Below are positions 52,001-61,800 of a DNA stretch of 64,000 bases, piece after piece (position 1 is the first letter of the stretch; each line of letters starts with the position of its first letter). The stretch lies in assembly GCF_001194135.2 (NCBI RefSeq), contig NC_068985.1:31883079-31947078 (forward strand). Direction: 5' to 3'. The DNA is from Octopus bimaculoides (taxonomy: Eukaryota). Below the pieces are notes generated by a model, which was not told the DNA's origin, ran no database searches, and worked only from the letters and a program-made list of their open reading frames with translations. A program made the translations under genes and the position numbers.

Positions 52001-54187
52001 AGTTATATGTATAGAGAAGGCCATTTATTTCAATCCTGGATAAGATTATGAAAGAGTAGCTAACAAAATTACTAAGTTCCAAATTATTTAAAACCATTTA
52101 AAAATCAAAGATCCAGATAGCATTAAAACATATATCCCCCAAAATAAAACAAAATAAACTTACGGTTAACTGGGAGATTTTTCCATTTTGAACTGATTTC
52201 ATCAGGGTACATTATAGGTCCTGTCATTTTTCCTAAATACTCTGAATCCAGTAGCCATTTGTTGGCTCCTCGGCTGGAATAAAAAGATTTATATAAAATG
52301 CCAGGATTTAATGAATTTAGGCAAATCAATAAAACTAACTCTAAAGTATACGAAATAACAAAATACTGATTAAAAAGTACTGCGCCCCATTGCGGTCATT
52401 TGCACCCTTCACCGTCTCACTGCAAAGGTGTGCTTACAATCAGTCTCTTGTTTATTGGAGAAGGGATTTTCCCCCACCCAGCTAGGAGTGGGCACCAAAT
52501 TGGGATATGAAGCTGCCGCCCATGCTACCAGAGCCAATGCCAACTTGCCCTCCTTGCCACCCAAGGTCATCCTCAAACTTGACCTTAAGAATGCATTCAA
52601 CTCCATCAGCCGCAATGCTGTTGTCCTCAGTTCAGTAAGAGAGAAGGTCCCACAACTCTACCACATTGCATGGCAGGCTTATCTCCAACACTTTTCCTCT
52701 TGTACATTGGTAAACTATTAGCTATGATTTCCAATGACACTCCTAAGTAAACAATACCACACTTTACTCTCTGCAGATATATGACATTAATATGCAATAT
52801 AAATTTCATTATCCAATATGCTAGAAAAGTTGCAGTTGTTTGTTTTGGCAGTTAATATTTAAGAGAACAAGTTAAAGAGTGGCGTTTTTTTTGTGAATGA
52901 ACAGTTTATGCAGAATTACTGCACATCAAAGAAACAATCTTGTATTTCACAGTCTAGTTTTGATTAACATCCAATAGTAACTGCTGAAAGTCATTACAAA
53001 CACCAATCTTTACAATCCAATTAACTTTTCGGCACTATCATGCTATTAGCTGTCAGAGCATGATAGTGCCAACTTTTCTATTAACCAGAGGATCATAACA
53101 TAACAAAATTCCGACTTCACAGTCTGAAACATATTTTTCAAAACAAATAGTTTACGGTTTGATTCATTTCGGTCTTTGTGCATGTGGCAACATGCAATAA
53201 AATTTAGAATTTATGATACACATTACTGGTAAGGACTACGGGACAAAATGGTCAGCTTGCAAAAGCAGTCTCATCACTCCGTTTATTCTATGGCTACAAT
53301 GGCCAATATTCAGCAAAAGCAGTTAGCCGATACTACTTGCAAAGAAACCTACCCGCCCTCTATAGCCTGGATCTTCTAGACCCTGCACTAACCATATCGC
53401 CTAATCCTTTATACCAGAATGTTAACCCTCACGAATTTCCTTCCCGCAATGATCGACTAAGAAATATTGAAACTAAACATTAGCTGTGCAAATCCCATTT
53501 GTCTCGGGGAGCCTGTGAAGGAGTCTAAGCCATAAAAACACAAAGAGAAACTGATAATAATTCTATTTCGATTAAGCATGTAAACATACATTCATTTTTA
53601 CCAAACTAAAAATAAATGAAAACATTATTTCAATCTAGAAATTAAGAACTAGTTGTGATTCATTTGTGGTTGAAATTCTGCACATAATTATTAAATTAGC
53701 CCAAAGTATTCAGTATCAGTTTCTAAACAAAATGCAATATAAATACCATTTGCTTAAATATGTATTGCCGATCTATCGCTTTTGGAATTTACAATCATTT
53801 TTGAAATGACCTCTCAAGGTGACAATTGTGATTGAAAAGCAAAATTTTAACTCTTGTATTCTCAGTTAAACTGAATCTAACTCTGTAGGAAAAATGATAC
53901 GCAATTAATTAAATGACAAGTCTTTAAGGGAAACATGAATTAACTAAGAATCAGTGAACAAAATTTTGTTTTGAAAGATAAGGGATAACGTGAGATAAGA
54001 ACAAAATAAACAGGTCATATGTAATAAACTGACCACCCTTAAATGAGAATATTTTTAAATAAGCTAAAGCATGAAATACAATTTACCTAGAAACAAAAAG
54101 CGTCGGTGCATATCCAAGTATATTTTTCTTAGACAAAGATAAAATATTTGGGACAGTTGCCCTTAAAAGTCCTCCGATCACCGCCAT
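35686..54187 (-). CDS. NDUFS2: NADH:ubiquinone oxidoreductase core subunit S2 (49 kDa, complex I), 14 exons, 466 aa
   Basis: Exons 54187-54087, 52273-52164, 50582-50473, 49268-49188, 49066-48946, 47659-47547, 46675-46601, 44724-44561, 44035-43916, 41569-41440, 39730-39635, 39527-39444, 38035-37978, 35723-35686. All introns are GT-AG and phase-compatible, totalling 1401 nt. Hallmarks: [64 protein letters not shown]-terminal DVVFGEVDR. The N-terminus is basic with no acidic residues, consistent with a mitochondrial presequence. Confidence 0.98.
36720..37560 (-). mobile_element. RTE LINE 3' fragment in NDUFS2 intron 13
   Basis: [16 protein letters not shown] and [23 protein letters not shown] followed by the family 3' UTR and (GAT)n tail; includes a 31-bp tandem duplication at 37377-37438. 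Confidence 0.88.
37978..38035 (-). CDS. NDUFS2: NDUFS2 exon 13
   Basis: [19 protein letters not shown]; cag acceptor, gtgagg donor. Confidence 0.95.
39444..39527 (-). CDS. NDUFS2: NDUFS2 exon 12
   Basis: [28 protein letters not shown]; tag acceptor, gtgagt donor. Confidence 0.97.
39635..39730 (-). CDS. NDUFS2: NDUFS2 exon 11
   Basis: [32 protein letters not shown]; cag acceptor, gtatgt donor. Confidence 0.97.
41440..41569 (-). CDS. NDUFS2: NDUFS2 exon 10
   Basis: [43 protein letters not shown]; cag acceptor, gtaagt donor. Confidence 0.97.
41885..42990 (-). mobile_element. piggyBac-like non-autonomous element retaining the transposase 5' end
   Basis: TTAA on both sides (41881-84, 42991-94) and TIR CCCTTTCGTTACT. 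The minus-strand acidic N-terminal peptide [31 protein letters not shown] runs into an N gap (42042-42482). Confidence 0.85.
43916..44035 (-). CDS. NDUFS2: NDUFS2 exon 9
   Basis: [39 protein letters not shown]; cag acceptor, gtaaaa donor. Confidence 0.97.
44561..44724 (-). CDS. NDUFS2: NDUFS2 exon 8
   Basis: [39 protein letters not shown]; cag acceptor, gtaagt donor. Confidence 0.97.
44960..45650 (+). mobile_element. RTE LINE 3' end in NDUFS2 intron 7, antisense to the gene
   Basis: [30 protein letters not shown], then the tandemly repetitive 3' UTR and ggttggcattaggaagggcatccagc. Confidence 0.85.
45953..46026. repeat. (TG)n(TA)n microsatellite
   Basis: Seen directly in the sequence. Confidence 0.95.
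46601..46675 (-). CDS. NDUFS2: NDUFS2 exon 7
   Basis: [25 protein letters not shown]; tag acceptor, gtaaat donor. Confidence 0.97.
46837..47049. mobile_element. piggyBac-derived MITE of about 213 bp
   Basis: TTAA|CCCTTTCGTTAC...GTAACGAAAGGG|CTAA; same TIR as 41885-42990. Confidence 0.85.
47547..47659 (-). CDS. NDUFS2: NDUFS2 exon 6
   Basis: [37 protein letters not shown]; tag acceptor, gtaagt donor. Confidence 0.97.
47730..48350 (-). mobile_element. Degenerate CR1-type LINE RT C-terminal fragment
   Basis: [15 protein letters not shown] matches the LYKA.IRP.MEY...W motif. Confidence 0.65.
48946..49066 (-). CDS. NDUFS2: NDUFS2 exon 5
   Basis: [40 protein letters not shown]; tag acceptor, gtaagt donor. 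Confidence 0.97.
49188..49268 (-). CDS. NDUFS2: NDUFS2 exon 4
   Basis: [27 protein letters not shown]; tag acceptor, gtaaat donor. Confidence 0.97.
50473..50582 (-). CDS. NDUFS2: NDUFS2 exon 3
   Basis: [36 protein letters not shown]; cag acceptor, gtaagt donor. Confidence 0.97.
50705..51385 (+). mobile_element. RTE LINE ORF2 endonuclease fragment in NDUFS2 intron 2
   Basis: [44 protein letters not shown], containing the APE motifs GDFN and IDY. Confidence 0.88.
52164..52273 (-). CDS. NDUFS2: NDUFS2 exon 2
   Basis: [36 protein letters not shown]; cag acceptor, gtaagt donor; phase fits exons 1 and 3. Confidence 0.92.
52380..52715 (+). mobile_element. RT fragment of an early-branching non-LTR element (CRE-like) in NDUFS2 intron 1
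   Basis: [41 protein letters not shown], which follows the QLGVG..G.EAA.HA and KLD..NAFN pattern. Confidence 0.7.
53031..53070. mobile_element. 40-bp hairpin micro-MITE with 8-bp TSD
   Basis: Perfect 14-bp inverted repeat GGCACTATCATGCT / AGCATGATAGTGCC with a 12-nt spacer, flanked by AACTTTTC at 53023-30 and 53071-78. Confidence 0.75.
54087..54187 (-). CDS. NDUFS2: NDUFS2 exon 1 (mitochondrial presequence)
   Basis: aacATGG context; [33 protein letters not shown]; AG|gtaaat donor in the phase required by exon 2. Confidence 0.88.
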
Positions 54188-54221
54188 GTTGACAGAGATG
54201 CTGGGAACTCCGAAATTTCTA

Positions 54222-54231
54222 CTTCCGGTTC
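54222..54231 (-). promoter_or_regulatory. NDUFS2 proximal ETS/GABP-type site (GAACCGGAAG)
   Basis: About 36 bp upstream of the ATG in a CpG-rich patch; the same 9-mer lies upstream of COMMD5. Confidence 0.6.
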
Positions 54232-55785
54232 AGTCTGATCAACTCACATATATTTACCTCCCTTCATCTATTCATTATTTTTTTTCTCATATTTTGTCGA
54301 TATTTAGCAGAAGTAACACAGTGACTCAAGGTCCGAGAGTTTCGTGCTCTGGCTCTTATCAAACTTTTCCTCATTATATAGATAGATACTTACTAATTGA
54401 TTTTTTTATCACTCAGCATGCTTTAATTGATTTCTAACTTTAGCTTTCTTTTTGTTTCTCAGCTAAAATAAAGCTTGTAATAGGCTTTTATAATGAACTA
54501 ATTCAACCTAGAAGGGGTTTTAAAGTTAATATTCTTCCAATAATTATTTTATGTATTTATTTTATCATCACCCTCCCCTTCAACCCGGAACCATGTGATT
54601 GGTAAGCAAGCTACTTTGCACCTGGGTGTCTTTGTGGGGTTTTTTCCATTTGTCTGTTTGTCCTCCACCACTGCTTGGCATCTGGTGTTGGTTTGTTTAC
54701 ATTTCTTTAGCAGCTTGGCAACAGAAACTGATAGAATAAGTATAAAGTTTTTTAAATAATTACTGGAGTTGATGTGTTCAATTAAACCCTTCAAGGCAGA
54801 CCCTGCATAGCTGCAGTCCAATGATTAAACAAGTAAAAGAAAAGAGATAAAAAATAAAATTGGTAGGAAGCTAAATAATGTAAACTATCAGAGATAATCA
54901 ACATCAAATCACCTTGTCTACTTTTGCCAGTGTTGTGAGCAACAATTAATATCAAAGGGTTTACAAGATAAATTACTAATACATCTGATTGAAAAGTGAG
55001 CCACTCAGTTACTTCTAAGAGAACAAAGACACCAACACTGATGACTAAAGCCAAAAAACTGACTGTATCTTTAGGAAAATAATTGACTCAATTAAAATCC
55101 ATTATTGACAATAAAGCAACCAAGTTGTCGTACAACAAAAACTTTGAGGAAACTGATGTAGTTTATCTCAAGTAACTACAAGCTCCCAAAAACCTTTGGA
55201 GAGAAAACATCAAATATGATTGGTCACCACTTTGGGAAAAGACAGCTGACTGAATCTTAAGAAGAATTAATGTTGAATAGAAGTCTGATGTTCACTACTA
55301 CTATGAAGTGAATTCCTTACTTGGACATCATCATTGTCATCATCATTTAATGTCCACTATCCATGCTGGCATCGGTTAGACAGTTTGACAGGATCTAGTT
55401 AGCTACAGGGCTACATTGTGCTAAATCAGCTTTGGCATGGTTTCTGTGACTGCATACCTTTACTAACCCCAGTCAGTTTACCCCATCTACCACCACTTAG
55501 TCAGAAAGGTATTTCCCTCTCCCTTGCTTTTTTCCCCTTCCCTTTTGCTTGTCTTTTCCAATCTTGCAAGTTATTTGGCAACCTACTTAGTGCTGGAGAC
55601 ACAAAATAGCACCTAATGATTGTTTCTAATTTTGGCACAAGACCAGCAAGTTCAGGGACGTGGGGAAGTTGATTACATCAACCCCAAAAGGATGAAAGGC
55701 AAAGTTGATGCTGGTGGAATGTAAAGACAGATGAAATACTGCTAAGCATTTTTCCTGGTGTGCTAATGATTTTGCCAGCTTTCTG

Positions 55786-56004
55786 CCTTTCATTACCAAC
55801 CTGGCTGAAACCAGCTCTGGCACTGAGTACAAATGTCTTGTTTTCATAAGTTTTGAATTAAAATCTTCTACCAAACCTTAGTCACAATTTATGTTCCTAA
55901 CACTAGCTGAATGATAACTAAGTTAATTTACTAAATTCTTTGTTATATTTAAAGTAATTGAAAGAAACACGGAGCATCTCAAAATAAATACAGTAACGAA
56001 AGGG
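55786..56004. mobile_element. piggyBac-derived MITE, inverted copy of 46837-47049
   Basis: Reverse-complement match over about 215 bp; right end GTAACGAAAGGG|TTAA, left end eroded. Confidence 0.85.
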
Positions 56005-58020
56005 TTAAACAGAGAGATAATATTGTTGTGAAAACATGTGATCTAACCAGTATGTCACTTCACCTGTCATTGGAGCCCCATGATTAGGCAGGGATTTTGT
56101 GTCAGCTGATGATCCCTGAAACTACATGCTTTACTGAATAAATATTATAAATTAGACAATCACAACTAAATCAAATGCCTTTTTTTATATAATGATATGG
56201 TTACAATTGATTTTTATTATCTTCCTTTAAACAGAATAATAGAGTCTGACCTTTCTACTATAAAGCTATAATTATATTCTTGTGTGACTAAGCATTACAG
56301 GAAATAAAACAATAAAGCAACAGGCTAGTGAAAAAAGTTAATTGGAGACAGCTTCCAAATATATTTCTCAAAATTGAAACAAATGCAGTTGTTCGCAATA
56401 GAATTGAAATAAATGTTAAAATTATATCTTATAATGAGAAAATGTTATAATTACCAACACTATCATTTGAAAAGTTGATTGCTTAGAAAATATTAAGAAA
56501 GGAATTGAAAATGGTTAGTTGCATTGGGTTAGTTGCATTCTTACTATTTATTCACCACAGAGTAATATATAGACTGTATGCAATATGATTAAATAGTATA
56601 AGACAATGACAAAACCTATAAGATTATACTAGAAGACCAAATATATATTCTTACTTAGAACTCAGTTTCTGTATTAGATATGACATAACTTTTTCTTATT
56701 TGTCTTTAAAATAATATTAAATTTTACTGCTTTCTTCTTTCTCGACATTGAAATTTGAAAAATTAGATAAATGAATAAATAAATATAATGGTGTGTTTCT
56801 CAAAATACACATTACAACAAACCAAATTCTTAAGTGAAGTATAAAGCTTAAAAGGCTTGTAAGGAAATCCTATATAACAAATGCATATATGCAAAAGTTA
56901 TTTTATATTTTATTTATAGAATTTACCTATTAATCAATCACATTATGGTTAATTAATAAAGTTAATCGATAAAAATACATATGATGACAAAAATCACAGT
57001 ATTTCATATGGTTTGCAATTATAATTTATTTGATAATTCCTCAAAATAATTTTACTTCTCTTAACACACAGTACTGACTTTGGTTCTTGTTTGCTGATAA
57101 TCAGAAGAGGATGTGGTGAAAATGTATGACTAAAGGTTGACCTTACTTAAAGACTTTAAGCTCGGACTATGTTTCAAGACTTGGTGCTAGTTCATAAAAT
57201 TCAAAAGAAATGATATATATAGAACATTATGGCCCTTAGAATATGGAAAGCTACCTGGTCACCTTTTATTATCGTTGACTTAATGGAAGCTAAAATCTTT
57301 TTTCATGGATTATTACTTTTAAAGATGATATAATGTTAGCATCTCGGGTAATTTTTTAGTATGCATTAAGATAGTTGTAGCTGTGCAATGTAGATGATAG
57401 CAATGATAATATGACATTTATGCTATACAACTAACATTCAAATTCACCAAATTATGTTCAATACAGAGTGTTTCAGTGTCCTAAATGAATCTTTGTCAAA
57501 CTTACAAGCCAATTGAATGAAAAATACAGTTTTTACCTTTTCAGTTATAGTTTGAAATAGGAAGAGTGTACATATGACCTTTGTAAGTCTTTCCAGACTG
57601 GTGATGGCGATGTGATTTATGATTAGCTTGCATTTATCTAGGTTGAATTCTGCAGGAAAGAAAATTAAAAAAACATGTACAGAGAATTGCAATTCTGAGG
57701 GAAAAACTTCTATTTTGAAACTTTGAAGATGAGTGCCTATAAGCGTGTTAAGTGGTAAATGAGATGGATGGTTCATAGCTTGATAGTTCAATGGAGTAGG
57801 AACCAATGTATTAACAATGCAAGGAACTGAGACAGGATAATGTATGTTGGTGGGTTATCATGACGATAGTATTGAGGCAGTGTCTGTGCAAATCAAATGG
57901 AACAAATACAACATATTTTTTGTTTGCTGCACCAATTTATCAGTTTATTACTTGCATGCACACATGTATATATATATATATATATATATATAATAATAAT
58001 AATTAATAAATAAATAAATA

Positions 58021-58270
58021 AATGCGCCCTTTTAAAGCCTAGCCAGGCTCATGGGCCTGGTTTCCCGGTTTTTTCAATGGCGTATGTGTTCCACAGCTGG
58101 ACGGGACACCAGTCCATTGCAGCGTTACTCATTTTTGCCAGCTGAGTGGACTGGAGCAACGTGAAATGAAGTGTTCTGCTCAAGAACACAACGTATCGCC
58201 CGATCCAGGAATCGAAACCACAATCATATGATCATAGTGTTGACACCCTAATCACTAAGCCATGTGCCTC

Positions 58271-58273
<3 letters not shown>
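58021..58273 (-). mobile_element. tRNA-derived SINE of a third family (V/Meta-domain-like)
   Basis: Minus strand shows A-box TGGCTTAGTGATTAG, B-box GTTTCGATTCC, then gtgttcttgagcagaacac and gatggactggtgtcccgtccag-like segments; sits next to (CA)n and (TA)n. Confidence 0.75.
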
Positions 58274-58311
<38 letters not shown>

Positions 58312-58814
58312 ATATATATATATATGTATATCACCTTCAGTTAAATTGGTAGATAGTGCCCAAATAGCTGTAGAATTAAAGAGCACACAATTGAAATAAT
58401 ACTAAATTGAATATAAGCTTGAAATAAAAGCAGGAAAAAGACACTAAAGTGAATTTGAATATGAATTTGAGATGAAAGAAAATATGTATTTATTGTGTGT
58501 GTATGCGTGACAGAGGAGATTCACCTACACCTACACTTCAAGTTTGTTAAATTCAAATCACAAATCTACCAATTCAAGAACACTAGCACCACAATGAGAT
58601 ATGATGATAATAAAAACAAATGGATAAATGAATAAATAATTCAAACCAACATCTAAGAACTGACAATATATAAAACATAACTATGAGAGATATTAGTGAA
58701 AAGGTCATTTGATGATCATTTCATGATTAAAGAATAGATATTTATAACCAAACAATAAAAAGTGAAAAACAAGTGAATAATGATGATGATGATGGTGATG
58801 GTGATAAAAAAAAA

Positions 58815-61800
58815 GGCAGAGGAACTCAGAAGAGTCAGTGGCCATTCCGAAAACGGGTAGACAAAACTCGTGAGCTTTGGTTGGCAGTCTGTCTAGGAGA
58901 AGGAACATTCTGATTTAAAACTGGGGTAGAGAGGACTCCTTAGTCAGTGATGTCAACCTGTCAGTATCCAATGGCTCCATGTCTGAGATGAAGGCGAATG
59001 AACCAGGACTTAACTCTGGAGCAATATTTAGATGAAGATACGAGGCCAACTGACATTCACCTATCTCCTAATGAGATTCATGATCATGATACCCAACACA
59101 CAGAAATGCAATGGGAACAGGCCCAACTTATGGGTAGTAAGAGCTCTGCAGTCTTAGTTGACAATCTTACTAGAGATGGTGTGTCAATAAAAATACTGGT
59201 TGGTGACTAACCTTAAAACATACCTCAATGTTGAGTGAAAATTTCTAATACAAATGTATCAAATAATGGTGTTAACGAGGCTGGAACCAAAGGTGAAAGC
59301 CTTTCGCCTAGCAGATGCCCTGTGGTTGAGCAGTGCAGGCTTGGTCTTCATCCAGAGACGCTTATACACAAAGCCAGAGGCAGAGAAGAAGGTGGGATAA
59401 GGAGGAAAACTGAATGGTAATTGAATGCTTGATCAGGGGTGAATCCAGTAGAAGGGGATTCCAACAATGTATGAAAGCAAAATGAAATGAAATAGGACTC
59501 CTTGAAATAAGTGAGCAATGGCTAGCCGACCAGGCAAGAGCAATAAGAGCAAAAGGGTGGTTAACAGACATGGAAATTGAAGAGATAAAAAGGAAAGTAA
59601 AAAATACAAATAATACTTCACCAACAGATAATATTAGGTTGTCAAGAAAGTTCTTGCAGTTTTTAACCTTTAAATTCAGATGCACATATCTCGACTCAAA
59701 CAAAACTTTATTAATCGAAATAAACACCATCAGAATCAACACACTTTAACCAATGCGAAGCAAGTTTATTTATGCCAGTCATGTAAAAATCCTGCATTCT
59801 GGCAATGAAGTCGTTGAAAGCGTGTTTGGCATCGTCTTGGTTTTTGAAGCATTTCTCACGCAGGACGTTGTCAAGATACTTGAAAAAGTGGCAGTCAGAG
59901 GTCTGGTGAGTAGGGTGGATGAGGCAGAGTTTCGTAGCCCAATTTGTTCAACTTCTGCAGGGTCAGTTGTGCGACGTGCGGCCTAGCATTGTCGTGGAGA
60001 AGAATTGGTCCTTTTCTATTGACCAATGCTGGCTGTTGTTGTCGGAGTTTCTTATGCATTTCATCCATTTACTGACAGTACTTCTCCACCATAATGATTT
60101 CCCCTGGATCCAAAAAACTGTGATGGATGAGACCGGCCGCAGACCACCAAACAATCACCATGACCTTCTTTCAGTGCAACTTTGGCTTCAGGAAGTGCCA
60201 TGGAGTTTCGTCTGTGTCCAACCACTGAGCTGAGCATTGTCGGTTGCCATAAAGAATCCACTTTTCATTGCAAGTCACAATCCGGTCGAGAAACAGGTCG
60301 TTCTTGTTGCATAAAAGAAGGGAAGATGACACTTCAAAACGGCGTTTTTTTAGTTGTCATTCAATTCATGCGGCACCCATTTCTCAAGTATTTTTGTTTC
60401 TCCAATCTCTTTCAAGTGGTTAGAAATTGTCGTATATGTTACGTCTAATTCAAAAGCAAGCTCTCGAACAGTTGTGCATGGATTGGCTTCCACTAAGGCT
60501 CTTAGTTGATCGTTGTCAATATCCGATGGCTGACCACTACGCTTATCAAGTCTTCAAGACTCTCATCACTGCTACAAAATTTCTTGAACCACCATTGTGC
60601 TCTACGTTCATTAGTGATTCCTGGGTCAAACACATTGTTGATATCGCGAGCTGTTTCAGCAGCTTTTCAGCCTAGCTTGAACTGGAATAAGAAAATTGTG
60701 CGAATTTGCTTTTTGTCCATGTTGTATTCAATGTTCCGGAAAAAATGGCCTAATTGTTCAAAAAGAAAAAGAGTAACACGATTAGATAGAGCAGAAAACG
60801 GGCTTTAAAATGATATATAAAGTCAAAGTAATTTAACAAAAATTAATTTGAAAATATATCATTTAAAACCTAGATTAAAAATTCCACAAGAACTTTCTTG
60901 ACAACCTAATATACCCAGCAAGGACAGAGAAATGAATTGCGGCAGTGAAGACGTAGAGCAAAGTGTAAATGTAAATTCATTCTCAGCAAATGAAGCAGAA
61001 GTAATGAGAAGAGCTATATCACAAGAATATGATGATGACCAACAAGACATAGTGCAGTTGCTATGCCGATATATTAGAGAAGACCAGGATCATGCATCCC
61101 TCAATCTGCAGTACATTGATTGACATAAGTTGAAACCAAAAAGATAGATTTTGTCCTTGAGCTATTCCAGATGAGAAATATAACTGAAACTAACAAGATT
61201 ATTTGGGCTGCAGATAGAGTTGGATACAAAAGAAAACAAACGGAACATAAAGAACCATACTGGCGTTGATGAATTTGTGGGAAACAAAGTTAAAAAGGAA
61301 TTTAGGACAAGTTGATAGATTGAGTAAAGGGTAATTGCAGAGTGAAAGCATAAGAATAATGCTGGAAAGAACACATAGAATAAGAGATAAAGGGTATGAA
61401 GTGATATTGGAAGAATTGAAACAAAGAGTAGTATTAATTAAAGCAAAACTGGAAAGATACAACAATAGAACAAAACAATTTTGGCAAAACAGATTATTTG
61501 AAGTAAATCAGAAGAGACTGTTTCAGGAACTAGATGGGCAATTACACATAACAATGAAACCAGATGCAGAGGAAAGCAGGGCATTCTGGGAAGGATCTGG
61601 GATCAACCTGTAGAGCATAATGTTGAAGCGGAGTGGCTGCATGAAATCCAAGATAGATTAAGAAATACAGAAGGCCAAGAAGACATAAAAATAACTACAG
61701 AAATGATAAAAAAGCAGTTAAGAAAATTCCCAAATTAGAAGAGTCCAGGACTGGACAGGGTCCAGGGTTATTGGATGAAGAAGCTGAGAGGGCTCCATGA

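Noticed and set aside
53252-53277. C and D box-like pair on the minus strand in NDUFS2 intron 1
   Set aside because: Only about 25 nt apart, too short for a C/D snoRNA.
59753-60808. Several 80-105-aa plus-strand ORFs (also 13881-14853 and 2716-3003)
   Set aside because: Antisense shadows of transposase coding sequence.
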